DNA of 64,000 nt from Halarcobacter sp. (GTDB lineage Bacteria > Campylobacterota > Campylobacteria > Campylobacterales > Arcobacteraceae), in NCBI GenBank assembly GCA_963676565.1, contig OY781089.1, positions 3,104,001 through 3,168,000 on the forward strand. The letters run 5' to 3'. Within the stretch, counting starts at the first letter, position 1. Each line of letters opens with the position of its first letter. Below the pieces are notes generated by a model. It ran no database searches, was not told the DNA's origin, and saw nothing but the letters and a program-made list of their open reading frames with translations. Shown piece after piece: positions 27,495-38,499 of this stretch. Made by a program: the position numbers and the translations under genes.

Positions 27495-28007
27495 TTATTT
27501 ACCTTTTAACTTCTTTTTCCATTCTTTTTCAAATTTTTTTCTTTTGATTATTGAAAGGTTTTCTATAAAAAGATGTCCCGCTAGATGTTCCATCTCATGT
27601 TGCCATGCAACAGCTAAAAAGTCTTCACACTCCATAGTTTGTTTTTGACCATCTCTATTATAATATTCAACTATTATATGCTGAGCTCTTTTAACCTCTT
27701 CATTAAATCCAGGTACACTAAGACACCCTTCTACAAAAATTTGAACACCATCTTTATGGGTAATTACAGGATTAATTGCTTCAATTAAATCCTCTTTGTC
27801 TTGAATATCTTCCTCATTTGGAAGATTAATGATTAATACATTTAAAGGGATACCAACTTGAATTGCAGCAAGTCCTACTCCATTTTGATCAATCATTGTT
27901 TCATACATGTCATCTAAAAGAGTATGAAGTTCTTCATCAAACTTCACTACATCTTTAGACTTTGTTCTTAATAATTTATTTGGATATGTTAATACTTCTC
28001 TAATCAT
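27495..28007 (-). CDS. def: Peptide deformylase
   Basis: GVGLAAIQ, EGCLS, QHEMEH. Confidence 0.97.
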   Translation of the reverse strand: MIREVLTYPNKLLRTKSKDVVKFDEELHTLLDDMYETMIDQNGVGLAAIQVGIPLNVLIINLPNEEDIQDKEDLIEAINPVITHKDGVQIFVEGCLSVPGFNEEVKRAQHIIVEYYNRDGQKQTMECEDFLAVAWQHEMEHLAGHLFIENLSIIKRKKFEKEWKKKLKGK

Positions 28008-28015
28008 TTCAAACT

Positions 28016-28600
28016 TTACTTATGGCTAGTGATAACCTCATCAATTAAACCATATTTACAAGCTTCTTCAGCACTCATAAAGTTATCTCTATCAGTATCT
28101 CTTTCAAGAACTTCTAAAGGTTGCCCTGTTTGTGCTGCTAAGATTTCATTTAATGTATCTTTCATTCTTTGAATCTCTTTAGCTTGAATTTGGATATCTG
28201 TAGCTTGTCCTTGAGCTCCACCTAATGGTTGGTGAATCATTACTCTAGAGTGAGGCAAAGAATATCTTTTACCTTTAACTCCAGAAGATAATAAAAATGC
28301 ACCCATAGATGCAGCTTGCCCAATACAAATTGTACAAACATCAGGTTTAATATAATTCATAGTATCATAAATTGACATACCACTTGTAATTACTCCACCT
28401 GGAGAGTTGATATATAGATAGATATCTTTATCTGGGTCTTCAGCTTCTAAGAATAAAAGCTGAGCAACAATAGATGAAGCAACTTGGTCATTTACCTCAC
28501 CACTTAACATAATAATTCTATCTTTTAGAAGTCTTGAATAAATATCATAACTTCTTTCACCTCTTCCACTTTTTTCAACTACGTATGGTATATAACTCAT
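28016..28600 (-). CDS. clpP: ATP-dependent Clp protease proteolytic subunit
   Basis: [29 protein letters not shown]. Confidence 0.98.
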   Translation of the reverse strand: MSYIPYVVEKSGRGERSYDIYSRLLKDRIIMLSGEVNDQVASSIVAQLLFLEAEDPDKDIYLYINSPGGVITSGMSIYDTMNYIKPDVCTICIGQAASMGAFLLSSGVKGKRYSLPHSRVMIHQPLGGAQGQATDIQIQAKEIQRMKDTLNEILAAQTGQPLEVLERDTDRDNFMSAEEACKYGLIDEVITSHK

Positions 28601-28615
28601 TTTCTTTCCTATTTA

Positions 28616-29920
28616 TTAGTTTCCTAATTTTTCGTCTAATAATTTTGTAATTACTTTATCTTCAATCATAGACATTTTAATAGCAGGTAAATATCCAGCT
28701 TCTTGGTATTGTTTTAATACATCTTGTGGATTTTGACCCATTTGCATTGCCTCATAGTAAATTACTTGAGTAACTTCTTGGTCATTTACCTCTACACCTT
28801 CAGCTTTTGCTAATGCATCAACAATGAAAGTTGCTTTTACAGATTTTTCAGCATCTTCTTTTAATTCATCTCTGATAGTTTCTACTTTTGATGCATCTTC
28901 TTGTAATTCTTTAATCTCGTCTTCTGACATTGATCTAACTTTGTTATTAAGTGCAAAGTTAATCTCTTGATCTACAACAGTTGCAGGTAATGAGAAGTTT
29001 AATTCATTTACTAAAGTATCAAGGTAAGCTGGTTTTAACTCATTTCTATAATAAGTACCTTTTTGCTCAGCTACCATTTGTTCTTTAATTTTTTCTTTTA
29101 ATGCATCAACATTTGCTTCACCATCATAACCTGGTAAGAATTTAGCAGCAAATTCATCGTTGATTTCTGCTGGTACTTTTTCTTGAATCTCATTAAGAGT
29201 TACTTTGAATACAGCTTCTTTTCCAGCTAACTCTTTTGATTGGTATTCAGCAGGGAAAGTAACAGTTACATCTTTTTGCTCTTCATATTTCATACCAATA
29301 ATTTGATCTTCAAATCCTGGGATAAAAGAACCTGAACCAATCTCTAGTGGATATTGTTCACCTTTTCCACCTTCGAATGCAACACCATCAACAAATCCTT
29401 CGAAATCAATTACTGCGAAGTCACCTTCTCTAACCATTCTTTTTCTTTTGATTTTTTCTAATGGAGCAGATTGAGCAGCTAACTCATTTAATCTTTCCTC
29501 AACATCTTTTTCTTCAATCTCTTTTAATTCAACAGCAGGAACTAAAGATTTATAATCACCTAAATCAACATTTGGCTTACAAGCAACTTTGATTTCAATC
29601 TCAATTGAACCATCTTCTTTTTTGTCAAATTTAGCAAATTGTGGTTCACCTACTAAATCTTCGTTAGCGATTTCTAACTCTTTTAAAGCATCACCAAGGA
29701 TAGCTCTAACTGCTTCACCTTCAGCATCTTCTCTTAATTTGTCAGCATATCTTTGTTTTACAACAGATACAGGAACTTTACCTTTTCTAAATCCTTGGAT
29801 ATCCATTGTTTTAGCAGCTTGCTTAGCTACTTTATCAATATTTTGCTCTACAGTTTCTGTAGAAATTGTTGAAGTAATAACAGCATTTGCGTCATCAACT
29901 CTTTTTGCGTTAAATTCCAT
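28616..29920 (-). CDS. tig: Trigger factor
   Basis: GFRKGKVP; FKBP domain FIPGFE; tig-clpP synteny. Confidence 0.97.
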   Translation of the reverse strand: MEFNAKRVDDANAVITSTISTETVEQNIDKVAKQAAKTMDIQGFRKGKVPVSVVKQRYADKLREDAEGEAVRAILGDALKELEIANEDLVGEPQFAKFDKKEDGSIEIEIKVACKPNVDLGDYKSLVPAVELKEIEEKDVEERLNELAAQSAPLEKIKRKRMVREGDFAVIDFEGFVDGVAFEGGKGEQYPLEIGSGSFIPGFEDQIIGMKYEEQKDVTVTFPAEYQSKELAGKEAVFKVTLNEIQEKVPAEINDEFAAKFLPGYDGEANVDALKEKIKEQMVAEQKGTYYRNELKPAYLDTLVNELNFSLPATVVDQEINFALNNKVRSMSEDEIKELQEDASKVETIRDELKEDAEKSVKATFIVDALAKAEGVEVNDQEVTQVIYYEAMQMGQNPQDVLKQYQEAGYLPAIKMSMIEDKVITKLLDEKLGN

Positions 29921-30019
29921 TAACTTTACTCCGATTTTTTAGTTTAGCCGTGATTTTATCTTAATTTTAATAAAATAGCCATTAGATATATTTAGACCAA
30001 ATAAAAAGAGTAAAATACT

Positions 30020-31762
30020 TTGCAATTTCTATACCATAATGTGTTATTTTTAATGTTAATTCCGATTTTTTTGTTGATGTTTTTGATTATTTCAAATAAA
30101 GATAGTTTTCAAAAACATTTTTCACAAGATATATTAGAGAAACTTTCAGTTTCAAATAAATATATGGGAAAAACAACAAGGAATATTTTGTTTTTTATAT
30201 CATTAATTTTAATGACAATTGCACTTGCACGCCCAGTTATGAATGAAAAAGAACAATCTTTTAAACAAGAAGTTGCTTCAATTGTTATTGCTATTGATGT
30301 TTCTAGATCAATGCTTGCAAATGATGTTTATCCAAATAGATTAGTAATGGCAAAACAAAAACTTCTTAATATCATAGATGAATCAAAACAAAATGCCCTT
30401 GCAGTTATTTTATTTGCAAAATCATCTTTTATACTTTCACCTGTAACACAAGATTTTAATTCATTAAAAATATTAGTTGAAAATTTAAATACTGGAATGA
30501 ATTTTGATAATGGCTCAAATATTTTTTCAACATTAGAAGCAACAAACAAACTTTTAAAAGATTATGAAAATAAAAATCTACTTCTGTTAACAGATGGGGG
30601 AAATGCAACTTCTTATGAAAAAGAGATTGAATATGCAAATGAACATAATATAAATGTTTATACTATTGCAGTAGCAACAAACAAAGCCTCTGCAATAAAA
30701 CTTGATGATGGAAAATTTTTAACAAAAGATGATGGATCTATTGTAACTGTTTCTTTAAATGAAAACATAAAAAAATTAAGTTTAAATACAAATGGTGGAT
30801 ATATCCACTACTCAATAGATAATAATGACTTAAAACAAATTCTTAATGATATTGAACAAAAATCAGTAAAAAAACAATTAGAAAGTAAGAAATTTAAAAC
30901 CTATACTGAACTATTTTATTATCCTTTAGGACTAGCTATTTTAATACTTTTTATTGCTTTTTCTTCATTACCAAGATTTCTTTCGAAAAATGTTGTAAAG
31001 ACTATAATTTTATCTTTAATTTTTATTTCATCAAATGACTTAAAGGCTTTAGAATTTGATTTTGAAACTATAGAAAAAGCAAAGGAAGCATATGAAAATA
31101 AAAACTTTGAAGAGGCATCAAAGAACTTTGATAAAGTCTTAAATACTCCAGAAGCAAGATATAACTATGCAAACTCTTTATACAAAGAAAAAAAATATAA
31201 AGAGGCTTTAATGCAATATAAAAATGTAATTACTTCTAATAAAAATCTTGAGTATAAAAAGTTGCATAACATGGGAAACTCTTATGTTAAATTAAATGAT
31301 TTAGAAAATGCAAAGAAGATGTACGAAAATGCTTTGAAAATAAAAGCAGATAAAGAAACTAGGGAAAACCTTGAAAAAGTTCAAGATATTTTAGACAAAA
31401 TTAAAAAACAACAAAACAAGAATCAAGAAAATCAAAATAATAAAGATAAAAAAGACAAGAAAAAACAAAAAGAACAAAAAGAACAAAAAGAACAAAAGCA
31501 AGAAAAGCAAAACAAAGATAAAAAAGAAGAGAAAAATAAAGAACAGAATAATAAAGAAGAAAATTCAAAAGATAAACAAAACCAGCAAGATAACAATGAT
31601 GATAAAAAAGAAGAGAATCGAGAAAAGCAAAGTCAAAAACCTGAACAGTTATCAGATTTAGAAGAAAAGAAATGGTTAGAGAGATTAGAGAATAAAAAAT
31701 CCCCAGTATTACTAAAAAAGGTTAAAACCAAGAATGAAGATACCTCTTCTAATCCTTGGTAA
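30020..31762 (+). CDS. VWA plus TPR protein (BatB/BatC-like) with Q/K/E-rich tail
   Basis: ALARP, DVSRSM (MIDAS), LTDG, TPR motifs, low-complexity tail, terminal PW. Confidence 0.85.
   Translation: MQFLYHNVLFLMLIPIFLLMFLIISNKDSFQKHFSQDILEKLSVSNKYMGKTTRNILFFISLILMTIALARPVMNEKEQSFKQEVASIVIAIDVSRSMLANDVYPNRLVMAKQKLLNIIDESKQNALAVILFAKSSFILSPVTQDFNSLKILVENLNTGMNFDNGSNIFSTLEATNKLLKDYENKNLLLLTDGGNATSYEKEIEYANEHNINVYTIAVATNKASAIKLDDGKFLTKDDGSIVTVSLNENIKKLSLNTNGGYIHYSIDNNDLKQILNDIEQKSVKKQLESKKFKTYTELFYYPLGLAILILFIAFSSLPRFLSKNVVKTIILSLIFISSNDLKALEFDFETIEKAKEAYENKNFEEASKNFDKVLNTPEARYNYANSLYKEKKYKEALMQYKNVITSNKNLEYKKLHNMGNSYVKLNDLENAKKMYENALKIKADKETRENLEKVQDILDKIKKQQNKNQENQNNKDKKDKKKQKEQKEQKEQKQEKQNKDKKEEKNKEQNNKEENSKDKQNQQDNNDDKKEENREKQSQKPEQLSDLEEKKWLERLENKKSPVLLKKVKTKNEDTSSNPW
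31466..31492 (+). repeat. In-frame 9-bp tandem repeat (CAAAAAGAA)x3 encoding QKE
   Basis: Read directly from the sequence. Confidence 0.7.
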
Positions 31763-31769
31763 TTTAGCA

Positions 31770-32891
31770 TTAATAGTTTTGAGATTTTCTCATTTGCATT
31801 AATTCTTTTTGAACAGAAATATTAATATTTTCATTTGGTTCAAAATCTAATTTATAATTTCTTCCATCATAATCAACAGAATTAAGTATAATTTTCATTG
31901 CTTCTTTTCTTGCTTTATGTTTGTCATCACTTCTTACAACATACCATGGCGCTGATCTTGAAGAAGTACGTCTTAGCATCTCATATTTCTTTTCAGAAAA
32001 TTCAGACCATAAATCTTGTGCTTGCATATCAACTTCGGAAAACTTCCAATGTCTTAAAGGGTCATTGATTCTTCTATCAAATCTTCTTTTTTGTTCCTCT
32101 TTTGAAACAGAGAAATAAAGCTTGATTAAAATCATCCCTTGTCTAACTAAGTCTTGCTCAAAGTTCACAACATCTTCCATAAAGATTTCATGTTCCTCTT
32201 TTGTACAGAAACCAAAGATTGGCTCAACCATTGCTCTGTTGTACCAAGATCTATCAAATAAAACCATCTCTCCACCTGTTGGGAAATGTTCAATATATCT
32301 TTGGAAAAACCATTGATTCTTTTGAGTATCAGTTGGCTTACCTAGGGCAACAACTCTGTAGTGTTTGTTATTCATATATCTTGTAATTCGTCTAATTGCA
32401 CCACCTTTTCCTGATGCATCTCTACCTTCAAAAAGTATAATCATTCTTTTATTTTGAGATTCTAAAAAGTTTTGTAATTTAATTAACTCAATTTGATATG
32501 ATTTTAACTCTTCTAAATCATAAATTTTTTGAATACCATCATGTAAAACTTGAGGGTCAACATCTTGAAAATTTCCTAAAATCCCTTTTAATCTTTTATT
32601 CTCTTCAATTAAATCTTCATATTTTTTATCTGAAATATTTTTTGTTGGTTTTACAATCTCTTTTGACTCTTTTATAATATTTTCATTTATAACCGAATCT
32701 TTAAATTTCTGCATTAAATTTAATGCAGATTTTTTTGTAAGATTATCTTTTTTTGTATAACCTAATACTTTTACGTATCTTTTTTTATCATATTGAAATC
32801 TTGCGATATATTTTTTTCCAAAAGCTGGATGTGTAGCTTTTGAGATATACAGTCCACTATAATTTGTTTTTTCAAAATCACTTAAATTCAT
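31770..32891 (-). CDS. ppk2: Polyphosphate kinase 2 with ~120-aa N-terminal extension
   Basis: FEGRDASGKGG, FDRSWYNR, SDDKHKAR. Confidence 0.93.
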   Translation of the reverse strand: MNLSDFEKTNYSGLYISKATHPAFGKKYIARFQYDKKRYVKVLGYTKKDNLTKKSALNLMQKFKDSVINENIIKESKEIVKPTKNISDKKYEDLIEENKRLKGILGNFQDVDPQVLHDGIQKIYDLEELKSYQIELIKLQNFLESQNKRMIILFEGRDASGKGGAIRRITRYMNNKHYRVVALGKPTDTQKNQWFFQRYIEHFPTGGEMVLFDRSWYNRAMVEPIFGFCTKEEHEIFMEDVVNFEQDLVRQGMILIKLYFSVSKEEQKRRFDRRINDPLRHWKFSEVDMQAQDLWSEFSEKKYEMLRRTSSRSAPWYVVRSDDKHKARKEAMKIILNSVDYDGRNYKLDFEPNENINISVQKELMQMRKSQNY

Positions 32892-32897
32892 TTTCTC

Positions 32898-33824
32898 TTA
32901 GGCCTTTGCAAATTTATTTTCATCTTCCATAATTTCTAATTCTTCTGAACCTGAAATTACTATTTTCTTGTCAACTTTCAAATGCTTACTATCAACTTTA
33001 CTTGGATAATCTACACTAGATAAAATATGTTTAATACAATTTATTCTTGCTTTCTTTTTATTGTCACTTTTTACTACTACCCATGGAGCATGGTCAGTAT
33101 TTGATGCCATCAACATAGAAAATTTAGCAATAGTGTATTTATCCCAAAGTTTTTGAGATTCTTTATCAACAGGGCTTAATTTGTATTGCTTTAAAGGATC
33201 AGTTTCTCTTTTTGCAAATCTTCTTGCTTGTTCCTCTTTTGATACTGATATATAAAATTTCAATAGAATAATTCCCGATTTTACAAGCATTTTTTCAAAC
33301 TCTGGAACTTCCCTTAGAAACTCATGATGTTCTTCTGATGTACAAAAGCCCATAACTGGTTCAACACCAGCTCTGTTGTACCAAGACCTGTCAAATAAAA
33401 CTATTTCACCTGCACTTGGTAAATGTTTTGTATATCGTTGAAAATACCATTGTGTTTTTTCAATATCACTTGGTTTTTCTAAAGCAACAACTCTTGCACC
33501 CCTAGGATTTAGATGCTCAGTGATTCTTTTTATAGTTCCACCTTTACCTGCAGCATCCCTTCCCTCAAAAAGCATTAGAACCTTAAGACCTTTTTCCTTT
33601 ACATAGTTTTGAAATTTTAAAAGTTCAATTTGAAGTGAAGTTAACTCCTTTTCATATTCAAGAGTTTCTTTTTTTACCCAAATTTGAACTTTGTTTCCCT
33701 TTTCGTTAAACTCTTCTCTTTCCCGCTTACTATCTTTATTGTGTTTGATATTTTTATGGGTATCTATTTCGTCTTCGTCTTTAAATTCCTCATTTATAAT
33801 CTGTCTTTCCTGTCCCATAGTCAT
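32898..33824 (-). CDS. ppk2: Polyphosphate kinase 2
   Basis: FEGRDAAGKGG, FDRSWYNRAGVE, SDNKKKAR. Confidence 0.95.
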   Translation of the reverse strand: MTMGQERQIINEEFKDEDEIDTHKNIKHNKDSKREREEFNEKGNKVQIWVKKETLEYEKELTSLQIELLKFQNYVKEKGLKVLMLFEGRDAAGKGGTIKRITEHLNPRGARVVALEKPSDIEKTQWYFQRYTKHLPSAGEIVLFDRSWYNRAGVEPVMGFCTSEEHHEFLREVPEFEKMLVKSGIILLKFYISVSKEEQARRFAKRETDPLKQYKLSPVDKESQKLWDKYTIAKFSMLMASNTDHAPWVVVKSDNKKKARINCIKHILSSVDYPSKVDSKHLKVDKKIVISGSEELEIMEDENKFAKA

Positions 33825-33835
33825 ACCATCTCCCT

Positions 33836-34975
33836 TTATGAAAGTCTACATTTATACTCATTATATCCAAAGTTGTTTACAATTTGATAACTACCTTTAA
33901 TATTTTTTATCACTATTGATGGTAACTTAATTCCATTAAAGGTAGTAGTCTTAACCATAGTATAGTGAATCATATCTTCTAAAATTATTTTATCCCCTAC
34001 TTTTAAAGGTTCATCAAAGGAATAATCCCCAATAATATCACCTGCTAAGCATGTATTTCCACCAAGTCTATATGTGTATTTTTTCTCATTTGCAAGGGCA
34101 CTATTTCTAATATCAGGTCTATAAGGCATAGCTAATGTATCAGGCATATGTGCTTCTGCAGAGGTATCCAAAATAGCTATGTCCATTCCATTATTGATAA
34201 TATCTAAAACAGTAGCCATTAAGTATCCAGTTTGCCAACCAACTGCTTCACCTGGTTCCATATATACTTCAATGTGTGGATATCTGCTTTTGAAATCTTT
34301 TAATAAACTAATTAAACCCTCAACATCATAATCAACTCTTGTGATATGGTGTCCTCCACCAAAATTTACCCATTTCATTTGAGGCAAAAACTCACCAAAC
34401 TTTTCTTCAAAGTTTTTTAAAGCCCCTTCTAAGGCATCAACATTTTGTTCACATAAAGCATGAAAATGTAAACCATCAACATCTTCTAAATTATCCCCTT
34501 GGAAATTTACTCTTGTAATACCAAGTCTTGAATTTAAACCACAAGGATTATATAAATCAACCTCAACAGAAGAATACTCTGGGTTTACCCTTAATCCCAT
34601 AGAGGTTTTACCCCTAGCTTTATCTTTATATCTATTTAATTGATTGAATGAATTAAAAACAAGATGATTTGAGATTTGGATAATTTCATCAATTTCTTCA
34701 TCTTTAAAAGCTGGAGAATAGGTGTGAACCTCTTTATTAAATTCCTCTTTTGCTAAAAGAGCCTCATGTAATCCTGAAGCACAACACCCCTGTAAAAACT
34801 CTTTACATAAATCAAAAGTTGACCAAAGAGCAAAACCTTTTAAAGCTAAAAGAATTTTTACCCCTGTTTCATCTTGAACTTTTTTTAAAAGTTCAAGATT
34901 TCTTTTAAGTAATTCTTCTTCACAAACAAACGCTGGACTTGGCAGTTCTTCTATACTATTTACTATATTATTCAT
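33836..34975 (-). CDS. nspC: Carboxynorspermidine decarboxylase
   Basis: [41 protein letters not shown]; start at ATG 34975 overlapping the rubredoxin stop. Confidence 0.93.
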   Translation of the reverse strand: MNNIVNSIEELPSPAFVCEEELLKRNLELLKKVQDETGVKILLALKGFALWSTFDLCKEFLQGCCASGLHEALLAKEEFNKEVHTYSPAFKDEEIDEIIQISNHLVFNSFNQLNRYKDKARGKTSMGLRVNPEYSSVEVDLYNPCGLNSRLGITRVNFQGDNLEDVDGLHFHALCEQNVDALEGALKNFEEKFGEFLPQMKWVNFGGGHHITRVDYDVEGLISLLKDFKSRYPHIEVYMEPGEAVGWQTGYLMATVLDIINNGMDIAILDTSAEAHMPDTLAMPYRPDIRNSALANEKKYTYRLGGNTCLAGDIIGDYSFDEPLKVGDKIILEDMIHYTMVKTTTFNGIKLPSIVIKNIKGSYQIVNNFGYNEYKCRLS

Positions 34976-35135
34976 CTTCATTATAAGGTTCAAAATCCTC
35001 TTTACCTACTCCACAATCTGGGCATTCCCAATCATCTGGAATATCTTCAAATGCAGTTCCTGGTGCAATACCACTCTCTTCATCACCAATCTCAGGGTCA
35101 TAAATATAATCACAAACTGTACAAATATATTTCAT
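34968..35135 (-). CDS. Rubredoxin (55 aa, below the ORF-track cutoff)
   Basis: [64 protein letters not shown]. Confidence 0.95.
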   Translation of the reverse strand: MKYICTVCDYIYDPEIGDEESGIAPGTAFEDIPDDWECPDCGVGKEDFEPYNEDE

Positions 35136-35283
35136 AGATTATCCTTTTTTATAATTTTGTATTCATTAACAGAATAAAAAGCTTTATGAGATTCAAGGCT
35201 TGAAAAGGAAAAAACTAGAAGCTTACTAATAGTAAGTGACTAGTTCTTTATCTTTTTGTAAACGAAGAAACTCAACAAGATTT

Positions 35284-36480
35284 TTATTCTAGCTCTAAGA
35301 TTTTCCAAGGAAGCCCTTGAGTCATCAACTCATCCATAAAAGGTTTAGCATCAAACTCTTCTATGTTAAATACACCTTTTCCATCCCAAATACCTTTATA
35401 AAGCATTTTTGTACCAATCATTGCAGGAACCCCTGTAGTGTATGAAACTGCTTGAGCTCCCGTTTCTTTATAACACTCTTGGTGGTCACAAACATTGTAA
35501 ATATAAACTTTTTTCTTTTTACCGTCTTTTAAACCTTCAATAATACAACCAATATTTGTTTTACCAACTGTTCTAGGTCCTAAACTTGCAGGATCTGGTA
35601 ATAATGTAGTTAAAAACTCTATTGGAATAATCTCTACACCTTTATGCATAACTGGTTCAATACCTAACATACCTACATTTTGTAAGCAGTTCATATGTTG
35701 AATATAAGAATCACCAAAAGTCATAAAAAATCTAATTCTTTTTAAACCTTTTATATTTTTAGATAATGACTCTAACTCTTCATGGTATAAAAGATATGAA
35801 GGTTTAACACCAACTTCTGGATAATCATGCTCAACTCTAATCTCTAAAGGTTTAGTTTCAATCCACTTACCATCTTCCCAATATCTACCATTTGCAGATA
35901 CTTCTCTTAAGTTAATCTCTGGATTGAAGTTTGTGGCAAAGGGATAACCATGATCACCTGCATTACAATCCATAATATCAATGTAGTTAATCTCATCAAA
36001 TAAGTTTTGTTGAGCGTATGCACAGAAAACTCCAGTTACACCTGGGTCAAAACCTGAACCTAATAATGCTTTGATTCCAGCTTCTTTAAACTGCTCATCT
36101 CTTGCCCATTGTTCTTTGTATTCAAATTTTGCTTCATCTGGATGCTCATAATTTGCAGTATCAACATAATCAACCTTACATTTTGTACACGCATCCATGA
36201 TAGTTAAATCTTGATAAGGTAAAGCAACATTTAAAACAACTTTTGGATTTAACTCTTTTATTAATTCTACTAATTGTTCTACATTGTCTGCATCAACTTG
36301 TGCAGTTTGAATCTCAACACCCAATCTTGATTTTATATCCATAGCAATCGAGTCACATCTTTTAATCGTTCTTGAAGCTAATGTAATTTTTTCGAATGTA
36401 TCTATATTCATTGCACATTTAGTTGTAGCAACTCTACTAACCCCACCAGCACCTATTATTAAAATTCCTTTTTTTTCCAT
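35284..36480 (-). CDS. Saccharopine dehydrogenase family protein, probable carboxy(nor)spermidine dehydrogenase
   Basis: GAGGV, NVALPYQD, DTANYE, GFDPG, FATNFNPEINLRE; upstream of nspC. Confidence 0.9.
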   Translation of the reverse strand: MEKKGILIIGAGGVSRVATTKCAMNIDTFEKITLASRTIKRCDSIAMDIKSRLGVEIQTAQVDADNVEQLVELIKELNPKVVLNVALPYQDLTIMDACTKCKVDYVDTANYEHPDEAKFEYKEQWARDEQFKEAGIKALLGSGFDPGVTGVFCAYAQQNLFDEINYIDIMDCNAGDHGYPFATNFNPEINLREVSANGRYWEDGKWIETKPLEIRVEHDYPEVGVKPSYLLYHEELESLSKNIKGLKRIRFFMTFGDSYIQHMNCLQNVGMLGIEPVMHKGVEIIPIEFLTTLLPDPASLGPRTVGKTNIGCIIEGLKDGKKKKVYIYNVCDHQECYKETGAQAVSYTTGVPAMIGTKMLYKGIWDGKGVFNIEEFDAKPFMDELMTQGLPWKILELE

Positions 36481-36603
36481 AAAAAACTCCGTTTAAAATA
36501 TCTGATATTATATAATTAATTTCGTAAAAAGCTGTTAATGTATTCATCTAAATTACAATCTAAAAAGAATTTAAATAATTTAATTGAAAATCATTGATTC
36601 TTC

Positions 36604-36612
36604 TGATATAAT
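36604..36612 (+). promoter_or_regulatory. Extended -10 promoter of ssrA
   Basis: TGATATAAT about 20 nt upstream of the mature tmRNA 5' end. Confidence 0.6.
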
Positions 36613-36633
36613 TCGCTTCTCACTTTTTTATGT

Positions 36634-37032
36634 GGGGGTGACATGGTATCGATTAGAGCAGTGAGGATTAGTTGCATGTCGGCCTGAGCATGCCGTTAAG
36701 CGGCTCATTTTTTTTAGACGCAAACAATACAGATTACGCTCCAGCTTACGCAAAAGCTGCGTAAGTTTAACAACTTATAGGACTCCCCTTTATCGGGTTG
36801 AGACCTCGGAGGTTCACTCAGTAGATTCTATCTATGCTGATTATAGTGGATTCACCCAGATAGATTACCTTAAGGATATTGATCGAATCTTTTTGGGACA
36901 TTCTAGATCTTAGCTTTTTGCTTGCTTTGCGAGTTGTGCTGGTGAAAAGTGAAATTTTACAACTCTTCTAAGCATGTAGACGCTGGTAGTAGCTGTTTTA
37001 AGACTCCGGTTCAATCCCGGACACCTCCACCA
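36634..37032 (+). ncRNA. ssrA: tmRNA; tag peptide ANNTDYAPAYAKAA (36720-36764)
   Basis: GGGGGTG/CACCTCC acceptor stem with G3.U and ACCA end; T-arm CCGGTTCAATCCCGG; Campylobacterota-type tag. Confidence 0.96.
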
Positions 37033-37400
37033 AATAACAATCTTATAAAATCTTTAAAAGTCTCTATAGATACTACAAAGTGGGACTTTTGTAACATATG
37101 TTAGTCTTTAATAAACTTATGGAATCCAACTACTTTAGGGATACATTTAGGGGTAACCGTTAAAATTTTAATCTCTGACACCTTATTAAAAATAGTAATA
37201 ATACCCTATTATAATTATCACTATTTAAATTCTTTTTAATTTAATGTAGAATAAATAACATTATTTATTAATTAAATAATTTTTAAAAATTTTGATTATT
37301 TTATGTCAAAAAGTCCTATTTTATAGAATTAAACTTATTTAAAATATAATACTTATAGTACTTGTTCATTATGAACCAATTAATAAAAAAAGGAGCTAAA

Positions 37401-38285
37401 ATGAAAAATGTCTTTTCTACACTATCTATATTTGTAATTACTGCATTATTAAGTGGTTGTGTACCTACGGAAAAATCAGTAATCAAAAAATCAGCTAATT
37501 ATTTAGAGGTTGAAGTTACTGATAATGGATGTGCTCAAAACCTAAGTGAAGCATCAGATTTAGCATATGATGATACAAAACAAATTCTATACATTATAGG
37601 GGATAAAGGTGATTTCTATCAATGTAGTGTAAAAGCAACGAAAGATATGATTACTTTGGATTATATCTCTTCTACTAGTATTAGCCATAATTTTAGTAGT
37701 ATTGATGCAGAAGGTCTTACTATAAATCCAGAGACAGGTGAATTGATAATCTCTACAGAAGGTACAAATGCTAATATTTATCCGCTTACAAGTGAAGGGG
37801 GAATAAATGGAAGCTATGATTTACCTAATGTTTTAAAAAATGCTACTTTCAATAGTACTAATACTATATTTGAAGCTGTATCATATGACAATAATTTTGG
37901 TATATTAACAGCTGCTGAGCAACCAATAAATAAAAAAGCACTAACTGATCAAACAATCTACAGCTTAGATGGAGACTCTTGGAATTTTGCAGCTGAGGAC
38001 TATAGCCAATCTTCTGTTACAGCTTTAGAAAGTACAAATGATGGTAATGTAATTGTATTAGAAAGAGCACAAAGTAATACTACAGATTTTTATATTACAC
38101 TTAAAAAAGTTTTTATTAACGACGAATGTAAAAATAAAAATATTTGTAATAATGAAATTATATACCAAGCATTATGGGAAGGTGGTAACTTTGAAGGTAT
38201 CACAAAAATCAATGATGCTTACCTACTAATAAATGATGGTCAGGGACAAGTTGATGCTTTATTTAAAGCATTCAAAATTAAATAA
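37401..38285 (+). CDS. Lipoprotein, phytase-like/SdiA-regulated beta-propeller family
   Basis: AAGGAG RBS before ATG 37401; lipobox LSGC; repeats LSEASDLAYD, DAEGLT, FEAVS, NFEGIT. Confidence 0.7.
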   Translation: MKNVFSTLSIFVITALLSGCVPTEKSVIKKSANYLEVEVTDNGCAQNLSEASDLAYDDTKQILYIIGDKGDFYQCSVKATKDMITLDYISSTSISHNFSSIDAEGLTINPETGELIISTEGTNANIYPLTSEGGINGSYDLPNVLKNATFNSTNTIFEAVSYDNNFGILTAAEQPINKKALTDQTIYSLDGDSWNFAAEDYSQSSVTALESTNDGNVIVLERAQSNTTDFYITLKKVFINDECKNKNICNNEIIYQALWEGGNFEGITKINDAYLLINDGQGQVDALFKAFKIK

Positions 38286-38337
38286 AATTACAAAGAAGAT
38301 ATAAAAAATATCTTCTTATGTATATATTTTTAAATTA

Positions 38338-38499
38338 TTACTTTCCAGATGCTGTTGGATTTTCTTCCATAAATTTATCTATTTTAGCAACAGCAGTAGA
38401 TTCAAGAGAACTAGTTTTTTCATCAAAAAAAGTTTTAATACCAAACATCCCAGAAATAGCAACAATAACTAAAAGTAATGCAACATATACCCTATCCAT
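38338..38499 (-). CDS. Small single-TM protein (53 aa), not in the ORF track
   Basis: MDRVYVALLLVIVAISGMFGIKTFFDEK...SGK; AAGGGAGAG RBS and TATAAT upstream. Confidence 0.7.
   Translation of the reverse strand: MDRVYVALLLVIVAISGMFGIKTFFDEKTSSLESTAVAKIDKFMEENPTASGK

Noticed and set aside
31400..31640. A-rich repetitive stretch as a CRISPR or phase-variation locus
   Set aside because: In-frame low-complexity Q/K/E/N tail typical of VWA-TPR proteins; no repeat-spacer structure
36960..37032. Stand-alone tRNA gene
   Set aside because: It is the tRNA-like 3' end of tmRNA
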